IMG/VR virus record: IMGVR_UViG_3300030419_007010
Location: 64,001 to 128,000 of that record
DNA length: 64,000 nt
Source of the DNA: a virus
Direction: 5' to 3' (one strand)
Program-made: the position numbers and the translations under genes
Part shown: in pieces, positions 21,401-30,999 of the stretch
How positions within the stretch are numbered: the stretch's first letter is position 1
Layout: each line of letters starts with the position of its first letter
Notes under the pieces: model-generated
What the model saw: the letters and a program-made list of their open reading frames with translations, nothing else
The model's database searches: none
What the model was told of the DNA's origin: nothing

Positions 21401-24400
21401 AATCATATATCGGAATGAGAGGCATAAAATAAAACAATTCTTGAATTATTCCAATTTTTATTCTAGCAGATATTAGGCCGGCTATAGCTGCTTTTTCTAT
21501 TGGCCTTAACTCTCGTCGACTATTTAAACGCGTTTTCTCTCTTTCTTTTAAGTCTCGCATTTGTTTTGACATTGCAGATGCCTGGGAAGCTTCATTTTTT
21601 GCAGCTTCTTTTCTAGGTTTCGTTTTTTTACTCCATTCTTTACAGAGAGCATTTTTTAGCCTTTGATTAATATCTTCTTTAAGAGCATTTATTGTTAAAA
21701 CGCCCTCGCTAAAATCTGGGTTTTCTGGCCAGCAAACTGCAGAATTAGGGAAAAGTTTTCCAAATATTCTTTCAAACGTTTTTAACTCAAATGCAGGAGA
21801 TTGAAGATTAATTTTAGCCATACTCCCTAATATTTTTTGAGTAATGAGCGGATGAGCAAAATTAGTAAAAAAGTCTTGTGACTTTCGTTTCATATTTTCA
21901 CTTAAAGAAACGTCCGGGTATACTTTTTTAATATGATCTTGAATTTTTTGTGTTACAAACTCCCCAAACGCTTTATCCGCAGTGTCGAAATTCAAATCCA
22001 AATTATCTAAAAGAGTTTTATATTCATCTGTGTAGGCAGATTTAAAGTTAATTTCTTTAATTACGTTTGATGAACCGGGAGTATAATCTACAACTCTTCG
22101 ATTGTCTATAACTTTAATATTAAAAGAATCGGCAGGCTCGTTTTCCTGTGTATCGTCGTTTAAAATTTCTAATTGTTTAATTTGATATTTTATAGAACGG
22201 CCAGGGCCGCCGGCTTTAATTAAATCAGGATCATTGTTATTATCTTCAATTTGTTCTAATGTATTAGAAATTATATCTATAGCTTCAGACAGGTTCTGAT
22301 CTCTGGTAGCTAGAAAATCAAATGACTGCGAGTACTTTCGCAATAGTTGGGCAGCTTCTTCATCTTTTCTTGGAATTTTAAGAATATGATAGTTCTCGCC
22401 TTCGACGTCCTTTTCCCAATAAAAATTTTCTTTGTTTTGAAGAGTTTTATAATAATGCGCGAATGTTATAAACTTTCCTAAATTCATAAGTTTGGCAATT
22501 GCGTCGTCTTCACCATCGGGAACTAGTTTTGGAAGCTCGACGATACCGCCATTATCTTCTAGAATACTTTGAGGAAGTGTATTAGGGATAACAAAATCGA
22601 CAGAACCGAGACCTACGAGGGAGAGGTCGGCCGAGCCCCAATTTATTAAATCGTTGTTGGATTTTACTTGACCTACCAAGAGGCTATCAAAAAAGCCACC
22701 TCCTTCAACAACAGAATCTTCTAGTTTTCTGGGAGGAAAAGAAGCTATAGGCAAGAATCCCGGGAGAGGAGAAGCATCAGTAAGAGGATTCCCTTTTGGT
22801 ATAGTCTTAAGAAACTTGGTTTTAACATCATTCTCATCCCAACTTGTATCAAAAGTTACCTCACCAGATAATGCTTCTGGGCGCATCATACCAACCCATT
22901 TTTCTGTTTCGAAACCACTAGCAGCGTTGGTGATATTCAAAAGATCTTCAGGCTTTAGATCTGATAGTAAACTACCAAGACCTCGAAGCTCGCGATAAAA
23001 ACTAATAAGAATATTATCAAATATCGCGTCCATAACAGAATCATTGGCCATTTGAAGGCCAGGAGGAACCCCAGGCATCAAAGCGCCGTCTCCACAATTT
23101 AATGGAGGCATTTTATCATCTAAATATTCGCTAGCGTCTGCTTGTAATAAACCGGCTAAACCTTTGAGCTTATTAAGATCGTTGGCTAGTTGTTCTTTAA
23201 CCTTCTTTGTACATTCATCTTCTGGTAAGCCTGCATCTTTCAGAGCTTGACACTTTTGTTCCGTGCTATATAGATCATTACAGAAATCTTCAGAAACTGT
23301 TACAAATGTTTCAAAATTATCGCAAATTTCTAAATCAAGTTGTGAGCCTAGATCCGAAAAGAAAAATCGTATATCAGACTTTCTAGATAAAGCCGGCATA
23401 TATTCAGGGAAATCTTCCTGAATCAGATCTAATATTGATCCTAAAACAATTTCAGAAGGTTTTCCTTGTAATAAACGACATAATTCTCTAGCCGTTAGCA
23501 TATCTGAAACCTTTCCTAAAAATTCTCGAATTCTATCTGGATGATTGGGAAGATTCCAATTTGCAAAAGCGTCTCTAGGGGGCGGGCCACCTTGCGGGCC
23601 GAAGCCTGGAATTAAGTTTGTAGCTCCGCCAAAGGACTGGCTTTCTTCGTCATCTTCAGCAAAACAATTCTTAAGATAATCATCCAAAACTGCTTTAATT
23701 GTTTTTGCAATTTGTTTTGCCAAGACCGTAACTGTAGCTTTATAGACATCTTTCCAAAATTGATGTGAAATGCCTGCAGGTTCCCAAAAACTTATCGGCT
23801 TGAATGTTGGCCACTCTGGCCACGAAGGCAGCGCTTCACCAAATTCTGGTAAAGAAAAATCTCCACTTAACCATCTTCCTGGTAAGTCCATTCCCATTTT
23901 AACCAAGTCTTCACACAACCTTCTTAAATCGACAAATTCTTTTAATCCTTCGACATATCTTTGAACTTGCTGTGCATTGTCACTCATTGCCCTAGCACCT
24001 GAAGAAATGTAAGATTCTTGGCTTCCTATAGTATCTCCCGCTTGGGCGATAGCTTCAGCTCCGGAAATAATACCATCGGCGACTGCTCCTGGTACTGCGG
24101 CGCCCTCTGCTAATTTACTAGCTGCAACAGGGTCTGGGGCGCCGGATGTAGCAGTCATTAATTCGGTGTTGGTCGCGACAGCCTGACCATAGACTTCTGC
24201 AGAAGAAGCTTCTGGATTATTGGCTGTTACTTCTGTTAGTAGCGCTTGGAATTGTTCATTCTGAACTATCTTTCTAGTTTTTGGATTGCCATACAGAATC
24301 GCAGAGAAGCCGGCGATTCCTATTTCAGTAACAACATAATTAATAATCATCTCGCATATTGCTTCAGGAGTGCTTGGCAAATCATTTTTTTCCAAGATGC

Positions 24401-27131
24401 ACTTAATAATTTCTTCTGCATAAATTTTGATATCAACTTCATTAGCAATTAATTTATAAATCTCGTGAAGTTCCGCTAGTGTTGCAGACAGCGCGGGGTG
24501 TTTTGACAACCAACTAACAGTTTCCTGATCCTTCATTGGATCGCCGACAGCTTCTTGTGAATTTCTTCTTTCTTGTAGAATTATCTCCTTACATTCAGTA
24601 TCTGCTAGAATTCTATTTTCAAACTGTAGTTCTTCTTCAGACATGACAGGAATTCTATCAAACAATTGCATTTTTCTAACACATTCTTCGTATTTTGGAT
24701 CTTTTTTGTTTTTTGAGGGCCTAATCGCTACAATTGGAAATACAAATTTTGATACAAAGTCAATCCACTCGTCAGTCGAAGCAGACTGGCCATCTATGAG
24801 CGCCGTCTCATCTATATCCGCAAATTCAACAGTGATTGTTGCCGGGTATTCATCGCTGACCATTGAGCCGGCAACTGGTGTGCCCGCTTCATTGTAAAAA
24901 CCTTTTGGCCCCGATCTAGTTTCCATATATTCTATTATTCTTTCAGCATAAAGTATAAAAGCCCAAGTTCTTGGAGATACTTTGGTTCTAAGATAATCTA
25001 GCCCAACAATAAAAGGAACTAAATCATTCGGGGGCTCTGGTCTTTCAAACGAAAAATATACAATATTTAATCCAGTGTCTAGTCCAATTTCTAGTTGTGT
25101 ATTATGATTTAAATCAGGTGGTATTGGCATCATCCAATCGGTAACATCCCCTGCTGGCTCTTTAAATTTAATAACCTTGCCGCCCTGGCCTCTGAATTTT
25201 AAAAATTTCTGTATATGTAGTATTGACTCTCTTAAGAGATTTGCTTCTTTTTTGCAGTCCAGCGTTAGTACTTCTCCGCCGGTACTTTTATAAGATTCAA
25301 CGCGGGGATGAAATCTCTCTAATATAGCTGCAACTTGATCAATTTGCTCTATCAAATCTGCAGCAGCACTACGATTGATAGTGTGGATATCCGAACTAGT
25401 TCTTGTTATTTCAGCAGTCAAAGCCCACCACGGCTCGTCTTTGTATTTTACTTCCACGGCTCCGATTGCTTCGTCTTGCCATTCTTTAAGATTTTTATTT
25501 GATAAAGCATCAAACACATTCTGGGGTGCTCCAATCAATACAGAAAGAGGCTTCTTAGAAGGTCGCGTTGAAAGCTCGTATTTAATATAACCGAATGGGC
25601 GCCCATCGGCGCCGGGTCCGTATAGATCATCTGAGACTGAAGTGTCATAATCTTCCACAAGGGAATCTATGTACGCTCTCGTTTGTGAGAACTTTTCTGG
25701 TTCTGGGTTAAGATCTTTACCATAAAATTTTAATAATCTGGCGGCGCCAATATAAACAGCACTCTTTAAATCTTTACTTAAAGCTTCTATTTTCTTATCT
25801 TCTGTTGTTTCTTTTTTGCTACTACTAGGAACATTTACTTTAATAATATAATAATATTCACCCTTCTGGCCTGTATATGGATTAAAATCAACAAAAAGAG
25901 GCTCTTCTTGTTCCAAGATATTGACCCAATTGTCTCCAGAAGTTGATTCAAAAGAAGCTTCGCCAGTAGGTACTACTGGTCCCGGGGGTGGCTCGTTGAC
26001 CTTTAATCTAGGTTTTTCTGTCCCAAATCTAGTTAAGAGGTTTGCATCAATCCACCAGCCAGCATCTTTTAATTTTGGTCCGCCAGGGCCGCCAGTAGTT
26101 GGATTAGATTGAAAACTCTTCCATATAGTCCACCATCTAAATGGGTGTGTAAAATCATGTATATTTTCATTTTTTAGTTCTTCGCCAGTATATGGATTAA
26201 TATAAGACGAATCGAAATATCCTTGTGACTCCAAGACTTTTTGAGGAGGAGCTATTTTACAAAAAGTAGTCCCTTTAATCTTCTTTGATTCAAGAATTTG
26301 TACTTGTGATTTCCAAGGTATAAGAAAATCAACTCCGGCCGGAGCGTCATAAGTCACCCAAATCGTTTCACCTAATTTAGGAAGCTTAGATGATGGATCC
26401 GGACGGCTGTCTGGGTCTAGCTCTGTTTTTAAAAGAGGTAACACTCCGCCAGTCCAGTCTGCTTCCTGTCGATCTGGATGTTCGTATATATGATTGGTTT
26501 TTCTTAAATCCCCTTGTTCATCTGCTGCTGCGATGGCGGCATCAAGATCATCTTCTAGGGCTTCAAAAGCAGCAAGAGAAGCTTCAACATCTTCAATTGT
26601 TTCATCATCGGCGCCGAGATTTGCAAATTCCGGATCTGTATCCGGATGTTTAAGATACATATATTTATGAAAAATATAGTGTGTAGCGCCTTCGAGCTTA
26701 TTAGGGGGCTCATGGTTAACAAGAGCGGGATCATGTGCGGGTCCGGAAGCTTGGTCGGGCGAGTCGGGCGTTTCTATATCGGCAACCGGCGAAGCGTATG
26801 GTAAATGAACTGTATCTCCGACTTTGCCGGCGGTGGCGCCATTAAAATCTTTCCATTCCCCTTGAATAACAATATTATGAAACGGCTTGTGGGGTATGTT
26901 AGTATTCGTGAGATTATAAATCTCCAGCATTGCTTGATATCCCTGGCCCGGGCCGGCTGGAGTATCATTCGGTCCGTTCCAGAAGTTGGGCTCGCTTGCT
27001 TTAATCTTTGAAAAAGGTGGCAATTGCCAAACTCTTTCTACTATTTGAGATAACCCCTCACCCGACTTAATTGTAGTTGTTGGGTCGTTGTTGATGTATT
27101 CTTTACCGTTTATTATTATTTTTGATGGCAT
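18498..27131 (-). CDS. Giant virion-associated protein (2877 aa) with LysM-like N-terminus and a His-rich insert
   Basis: Lies between the spike-like and gp25-like genes. N-terminal TIKSGEGLSQIV...LEIYNL.N...VGDTVHLP is LysM-like. Largely helical and acidic, with many spaced Cys and an HVH..HAH..HMH cluster. Confidence 0.6.
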   Translation of the reverse strand: MPSKIIINGKEYINNDPTTTIKSGEGLSQIVERVWQLPPFSKIKASEPNFWNGPNDTPAGPGQGYQAMLEIYNLTNTNIPHKPFHNIVIQGEWKDFNGATAGKVGDTVHLPYASPVADIETPDSPDQASGPAHDPALVNHEPPNKLEGATHYIFHKYMYLKHPDTDPEFANLGADDETIEDVEASLAAFEALEDDLDAAIAAADEQGDLRKTNHIYEHPDRQEADWTGGVLPLLKTELDPDSRPDPSSKLPKLGETIWVTYDAPAGVDFLIPWKSQVQILESKKIKGTTFCKIAPPQKVLESQGYFDSSYINPYTGEELKNENIHDFTHPFRWWTIWKSFQSNPTTGGPGGPKLKDAGWWIDANLLTRFGTEKPRLKVNEPPPGPVVPTGEASFESTSGDNWVNILEQEEPLFVDFNPYTGQKGEYYYIIKVNVPSSSKKETTEDKKIEALSKDLKSAVYIGAARLLKFYGKDLNPEPEKFSQTRAYIDSLVEDYDTSVSDDLYGPGADGRPFGYIKYELSTRPSKKPLSVLIGAPQNVFDALSNKNLKEWQDEAIGAVEVKYKDEPWWALTAEITRTSSDIHTINRSAAADLIEQIDQVAAILERFHPRVESYKSTGGEVLTLDCKKEANLLRESILHIQKFLKFRGQGGKVIKFKEPAGDVTDWMMPIPPDLNHNTQLEIGLDTGLNIVYFSFERPEPPNDLVPFIVGLDYLRTKVSPRTWAFILYAERIIEYMETRSGPKGFYNEAGTPVAGSMVSDEYPATITVEFADIDETALIDGQSASTDEWIDFVSKFVFPIVAIRPSKNKKDPKYEECVRKMQLFDRIPVMSEEELQFENRILADTECKEIILQERRNSQEAVGDPMKDQETVSWLSKHPALSATLAELHEIYKLIANEVDIKIYAEEIIKCILEKNDLPSTPEAICEMIINYVVTEIGIAGFSAILYGNPKTRKIVQNEQFQALLTEVTANNPEASSAEVYGQAVATNTELMTATSGAPDPVAASKLAEGAAVPGAVADGIISGAEAIAQAGDTIGSQESYISSGARAMSDNAQQVQRYVEGLKEFVDLRRLCEDLVKMGMDLPGRWLSGDFSLPEFGEALPSWPEWPTFKPISFWEPAGISHQFWKDVYKATVTVLAKQIAKTIKAVLDDYLKNCFAEDDEESQSFGGATNLIPGFGPQGGPPPRDAFANWNLPNHPDRIREFLGKVSDMLTARELCRLLQGKPSEIVLGSILDLIQEDFPEYMPALSRKSDIRFFFSDLGSQLDLEICDNFETFVTVSEDFCNDLYSTEQKCQALKDAGLPEDECTKKVKEQLANDLNKLKGLAGLLQADASEYLDDKMPPLNCGDGALMPGVPPGLQMANDSVMDAIFDNILISFYRELRGLGSLLSDLKPEDLLNITNAASGFETEKWVGMMRPEALSGEVTFDTSWDENDVKTKFLKTIPKGNPLTDASPLPGFLPIASFPPRKLEDSVVEGGGFFDSLLVGQVKSNNDLINWGSADLSLVGLGSVDFVIPNTLPQSILEDNGGIVELPKLVPDGEDDAIAKLMNLGKFITFAHYYKTLQNKENFYWEKDVEGENYHILKIPRKDEEAAQLLRKYSQSFDFLATRDQNLSEAIDIISNTLEQIEDNNNDPDLIKAGGPGRSIKYQIKQLEILNDDTQENEPADSFNIKVIDNRRVVDYTPGSSNVIKEINFKSAYTDEYKTLLDNLDLNFDTADKAFGEFVTQKIQDHIKKVYPDVSLSENMKRKSQDFFTNFAHPLITQKILGSMAKINLQSPAFELKTFERIFGKLFPNSAVCWPENPDFSEGVLTINALKEDINQRLKNALCKEWSKKTKPRKEAAKNEASQASAMSKQMRDLKEREKTRLNSRRELRPIEKAAIAGLISARIKIGIIQELFYFMPLIPIYDFKNLLYDDFFIEQTFARIKNAILEEQNSLLDVPDIFEFILEQSKEIIKETISAGAGKTREHPETPAPDGEISHVHTYVIDEEGNGYAKEIVEGDHPGHAHLIKNYLVQFADGHMHLLGEKHTLPNGDDAFKTLLKQEYSEVVEVVWNVFKSNKKKHKFIPRVRNHLDLFKWVGEMDRGYKSTEPGPIATSPATNSKTWPAMAGVTNLVKFGSGNEFATGEADTSMPSHIINKGVRYDRHEFWNPSADFRKLLQEDYEGNIIWDPSNQKNGGNLTSDAGVHPSSAYLPIKDHPGMFVLEPYIWIDHKESETAGESTLDANVYDVYNKKKPKFMDLLNENEVTVNGEVVGYSLNVSAKKEKIHEYGVADLNTWGKIMSEYINSSEDETSKVDDYFNNFCFGLRLVYQFPLYFSDDKYGYVGAETPLVRQTAKGVCDLLGEIQDDMDYHYDEGDIGRVSWVHKTFLGAVDRTPETESSDELANQRYAFTKIPLADVKIPVWKFSEELCERAADLAPKSSDLKISDLGDNKLVTMYYKGTIGAYSKLLKNLYASDDFKFLFKHVFKYERMLLLNAFYASYANTDIKDLSKFTGTKTIILSFMRNMLGDVDKLSDGVPFINSFGGPVGFSQMQNFTSTTGRFPENPLEDQLKAIVKETPKLILKALAEITDPCVMTGKAINDAIILIVETSLKVAEEVKKAAFDAHATVVDFNKGLVDGLFMIIKQIEQTIPPMEQQVEAMPTFNAEQQVEKEVKKQELQDLKEDLANKKQALVDALTLLYGEYKGDVPDGTGKTLEDNYPKEDYPQFYDNEKDWIKPPETKIYIAPNYLPGQSGQEGTRIEPTLDQEGDPRRSAWPGYENATAGIHPLAELDLEFRVAVRKTRNTMKAVDPYLLPIICFLLFPSTIPYGAGFIGWAPPPMGPGVGPPITPLGFIHLIMVSLGFGDDYDKWLNEEVETIETEKELSEEGEEC

Positions 27132-27141
27132 AATTTATTCT

Positions 27142-28074
27142 TTAATTTGTCTTATTCTTCTTACTCAAAAATGGTCTGTCTTGTGATAACCAGTATATCC
27201 TAAAATTATTAACTGTATTATAAAAATGTTCTATATCCATTTGTGTATCATCTGCTTGTTGAAACATTTTTTGTGGAACTTCAAGAATAGCATCTAGTGA
27301 CGCAAACGTTGGTTTTGCGAAAAAAGGAGAAGGATGATCGTGATGAGCTACAACTTTATTAATAGAAGTTTGATATCTAGTCCAAGTTTGAAAAATAGTA
27401 TTAGCACAATCGATTAAATATAAAATTTCTTCAAACATTAAAGCTAGCTGGTCGCCTTTAACCAGTGGTTCAAGGGCCGCATTTCCCCCGGTTCTGTTGC
27501 CAGCTATCAAGTGAATTCCGCCGATAGTTTCTAATTTACCATTTCTAGAATTAAAACCATCCATTCCTGTCACTAATTTTAAATTCTGCCTCGCCATAAT
27601 TCTAACTTCGTCCGCTTTAATGCCGATCCCGGATACTGCTTTTGGTTTTGGTCGCGGTTTTAAGCCAAAATAATCATCAATATCAGTTTTTTGGCTAATA
27701 TATATTCTTGCTGCATCTCTTTTGAAATCTGGATTTACAAACTGTGTTTCAAAATTAACTTCTCGGCACGGATGTCGGCCGACTACTATATCGATAGATC
27801 CGCATTGAGTATCTCCCTTACCACCATAGCCACTAGCTCTTCCAGATCGACGGTCTCGGCCGACTACTATATAAGCATTGTTTGCATTACTTGAACCTTC
27901 AACAACTTCTTCATAATCTGTTTTAATAAATATTGCGGACTGATCTACCGGTTTTTCTCCTGCAACTCCGCTTAATTTAAGCGTAACTAACTGTTCAGGA
28001 GTTAAATTTTTAAAAGTTACTTTATCTTCAGAAGATAAGCACTCTTGATCAATAGAGGGAATTTTTTTAGTCAT
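27142..28074 (-). CDS. Putative baseplate spike / gp5 C-terminal-like protein (310 aa)
   Basis: Beta-strand repeats (NAYIVVGRDR, SIDIVVGR, ARIYISQKTD, GIGIKADEVRIMAR, IHLIAGN), then EPLVKGDQL and an HDH motif like spike tips; immediately downstream of the gp5-like gene. Confidence 0.55.
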   Translation of the reverse strand: MTKKIPSIDQECLSSEDKVTFKNLTPEQLVTLKLSGVAGEKPVDQSAIFIKTDYEEVVEGSSNANNAYIVVGRDRRSGRASGYGGKGDTQCGSIDIVVGRHPCREVNFETQFVNPDFKRDAARIYISQKTDIDDYFGLKPRPKPKAVSGIGIKADEVRIMARQNLKLVTGMDGFNSRNGKLETIGGIHLIAGNRTGGNAALEPLVKGDQLALMFEEILYLIDCANTIFQTWTRYQTSINKVVAHHDHPSPFFAKPTFASLDAILEVPQKMFQQADDTQMDIEHFYNTVNNFRIYWLSQDRPFLSKKNKTN

Positions 28075-28078
28075 TTTA

Positions 28079-30694
28079 TTAAGTAGCTACAGGCTGTTTT
28101 GATGTATCCTTTCCTGCTTCTTCAGCATCCATCTCTTGCGCTAGAGAAAATTTGTAATAGTCTAAAAATACTGTTGCTTTTTTACTCGTATGCTGGCCTT
28201 CATAACCTGCTCCCGGTAAAGAAGCCCATATTTTTCTAATCTTTTTAACTGCCAAAAAAAACTGTTGTTCAAACATGTTAGTTGGTTTTGCTCCAACTTC
28301 TGGAATTGCTTGTATTGTTGGCGGGCGTGTATCTCGACCAGTGCCAAAATCGCGGCCTCCCTGGGCCCATTGTTCCGGAGAGACAAAATTTTCTCCGCCT
28401 TCTTCTAGGATTCTTTTAATACCCTGGCTAGCTAAAAAATTAGCAACACATCTATCTTGATTCAATGGGCTAAAATCATTTTCATCAGAAGTATATAATT
28501 TACCCCATCCCGGTTTACCATTTTTGCCAAACCATGTTCCTTCCATAAACTGATATCTTCCTGCTGCAGTTGAATTATTTTTCCATTCCAGTGATTTTCC
28601 ATTTTCGTCGACTCTTCCAGTAAATCGATCCGACCATTTAAATAAAAGCCTGGGATGTCCGCCTTCATATCCAACAAAAGAATTTCCAACTGGTGATTTT
28701 GGCCCTAAACGAGTCGCTTCATTAGCATTTGTGTATTTCGGTAGGCCATTCTGGGCGCGTTGGAGAACAAAATCTCCTCCTACACATAGTTGGTATGGAC
28801 TAATACCGGAATGAGATTTTCGGCCACCTTCTCCAATAACGATCATTCTCATAAAAGCTCGTATATATTTTGTAGCATTTTTGTTTCCATCTTTTTTAGC
28901 CTCTTCCCAATTAAGGGCCAAAGGCTCAGTTTCATGTCTGTTTTTTGTGTTTCTGGTCCCCGGGGTACAAGGATCACAAGGTACAGGCTTACTAGCTTTA
29001 TCGTCCTCTTCTAACAATTCTTCAATAGCCTCTGCTTCTGCCTGCAGGTTATCTAGTTGCTCAGATACTACAGTTGTGTCTTCTCCCTTTTCTTGCATCT
29101 GCATTAATTGTTCTGTTTTAATATTGATTTCTTCATTTATTTTAGATAATTTTTCAACATATTCTTCTCTTTGTTTAGTAGAAATAGCTTTCGGCATTTT
29201 TTCATATTTTTTTATGTCTCTATCAAGTTCTTTTAATCTTTCTTGATCTCGTTCTGCTTCGGGAAGCTGCAAGATCTCGTCCTTTTCTTTTTTAGCAGCA
29301 AACAAGGCCGCAACTGGGTCTATTGATACTTTTGGAGATTTGCTCGACTGGGGGCCGGGGGCGGCCGATTTAGTAGAAGTTAACGACATTCCTCGCTCTT
29401 CGCTGGCTACTTTTTTAACATACTCCAAAGCAGCCTCTGTTGTTAAGTGTACGCCGTCGCCGCCGGGTGATTGATAGTTTGGTAAATAATGATCTTTTCC
29501 GGCGTAATTATCGTTGGCAGACCCAATTGGATTAATAAAAAATAAAGTTTTATCATATTCTGAAAAAGTTTTTAGAGCTTCTTCAATTACTAAATTAACG
29601 TTTTCTCTATAATTCCAGTATCCAGGCTGATCCCAATCGTGGCGCGGTACTTTGAAACCGGAAGACTTATTTGCAACAGTCGGCGGACACCCGAACCACA
29701 TAACAGTTTTCGATGATCCCAAACATTGTTTTGCTAGATCTATAGTTTTTGTTATAAATTCCTTTTTCCACGCTTTATATCCAGAGCTTCCAGGAGGATT
29801 ACTGGAACCATAATTGCTATTGCCGCCCAGACTAATGATAACCAACTCCGGATTTGTCGCCAGTCCGTCGTCTAAGAAGCCTTTTAATTCAAACCCAGGA
29901 GGATTTGGTTTTAAATCTACAGTTTTCCCTGGTTTTCTCCAGTGCCTCACTGCAGAACCTGATCGGGCCTTTCTTTTTATTGCCCACCCATGATGTTTTA
30001 AATAAGTTTCGAAAACTTGTCCAAACTGGCCTACCATTTGACTGTCACCAAACAAAAAAGCTGAACTATTGCTGCTCTTTGGCTTTAAAGAACCCCTTGG
30101 AGCAGGAAACAAACTAACATCGATTTTTCCGTCGGAGCCGGCCTTTCTTTGCAAACACCCTTGTCCCGGGGCGTATTCAAGGCAATTTCTTGAGCTTCTT
30201 TTAGTTCTTCCAAGGTTTAATCTTCCAGCCTTATCTTCTAGATAATCTTTATAAATAGGAGCATCTAAATTTTCTGCTCCCAAGTGAGAAACCAAAACTC
30301 GATCCCCGACGCGAGGGACGGGTAATCTATTATGTGCTGCCGTATATGTAGGGTGCATATCTATAACATAGTGATCCTTTGGTGAGCGAGGTTCTGAAAT
30401 CTGGGCATGCAATTCTGGGACTCTTACTTTGATTCTAATATGAGTTCTTCTGCGCGGCTGTTCATCGGATGCATCGAGAAAATTATTAGGTTCTGTCGTG
30501 CGACCCTCAACTCTTAGTACTACCCCAATCCAATCAACTCTTTTTGACAAAGCATCAGAAGAATAATGAGATTCCTGAATTTCTCTGGACATATCCTCAT
30601 AAGTGCTTACTTGAGAATCATATCTTGCCCCAAAAGTCTTTTGTGATACCGGATTTAAGTCTCCGTAAGCCGACCAATTGAAACTAAAACTCAC
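28079..30694 (-). CDS. gp5-like baseplate hub/lysin: OB-fold + SGNH hydrolase + coiled coil + lambda-R-type lytic transglycosylase (871 aa)
   Basis: OB-like: WIGVVLRV..RIKVRVPELH..PVPRVGDRVLV. SGNH blocks: FGDSQ, RSGS, SLGGN, DGVH. Lambda R-like: AFMRMIVIGEG, GHPR, STAAGRYQF, DFSPLNQD, IWASLPGAGY. Confidence 0.85.
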   Translation of the reverse strand: MSFSFNWSAYGDLNPVSQKTFGARYDSQVSTYEDMSREIQESHYSSDALSKRVDWIGVVLRVEGRTTEPNNFLDASDEQPRRRTHIRIKVRVPELHAQISEPRSPKDHYVIDMHPTYTAAHNRLPVPRVGDRVLVSHLGAENLDAPIYKDYLEDKAGRLNLGRTKRSSRNCLEYAPGQGCLQRKAGSDGKIDVSLFPAPRGSLKPKSSNSSAFLFGDSQMVGQFGQVFETYLKHHGWAIKRKARSGSAVRHWRKPGKTVDLKPNPPGFELKGFLDDGLATNPELVIISLGGNSNYGSSNPPGSSGYKAWKKEFITKTIDLAKQCLGSSKTVMWFGCPPTVANKSSGFKVPRHDWDQPGYWNYRENVNLVIEEALKTFSEYDKTLFFINPIGSANDNYAGKDHYLPNYQSPGGDGVHLTTEAALEYVKKVASEERGMSLTSTKSAAPGPQSSKSPKVSIDPVAALFAAKKEKDEILQLPEAERDQERLKELDRDIKKYEKMPKAISTKQREEYVEKLSKINEEINIKTEQLMQMQEKGEDTTVVSEQLDNLQAEAEAIEELLEEDDKASKPVPCDPCTPGTRNTKNRHETEPLALNWEEAKKDGNKNATKYIRAFMRMIVIGEGGRKSHSGISPYQLCVGGDFVLQRAQNGLPKYTNANEATRLGPKSPVGNSFVGYEGGHPRLLFKWSDRFTGRVDENGKSLEWKNNSTAAGRYQFMEGTWFGKNGKPGWGKLYTSDENDFSPLNQDRCVANFLASQGIKRILEEGGENFVSPEQWAQGGRDFGTGRDTRPPTIQAIPEVGAKPTNMFEQQFFLAVKKIRKIWASLPGAGYEGQHTSKKATVFLDYYKFSLAQEMDAEEAGKDTSKQPVAT

Positions 30695-30696
30695 TA

Positions 30697-30999
30697 TTAA
30701 TCCTCCGATTTATTGATCAAATCAAAAATATCTTCCTTGTCTTGAGAAGTTAAACCGTCTTTCGTAGCAGTTCTTTTGTGTACCAAGCCAGCTATCTTTA
30801 CTAGTTGTTCATTTGATCTTTGAAGAGTCTCTAAATACTTCGAAGCAACTTGGCCAAGCTCCTTATGATCATAATTATTGTTCATACTTTTCATAAGGTC
30901 TGTTAATAAAGTTAAAGCCAGCGCCCTATCATTTTCGATATTCTCGCTGGCTGAAGTTATATATCCATCGATATCTTTTATGTTTTTCCCTCGTCCCAT
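30697..30999 (-). CDS. Hypothetical helical protein (100 aa)
   Basis: ORF coupled between the sigma-like and gp5-like genes; no recognised motif. Confidence 0.7.
   Translation of the reverse strand: MGRGKNIKDIDGYITSASENIENDRALALTLLTDLMKSMNNNYDHKELGQVASKYLETLQRSNEQLVKIAGLVHKRTATKDGLTSQDKEDIFDLINKSED

Noticed and set aside
18498-27131. Tape measure protein
   Set aside because: Large and partly helical, but acidic and Pro/Cys-rich with no tape-measure-like Ala/Gly periodic repeats; cannot be supported from sequence alone.
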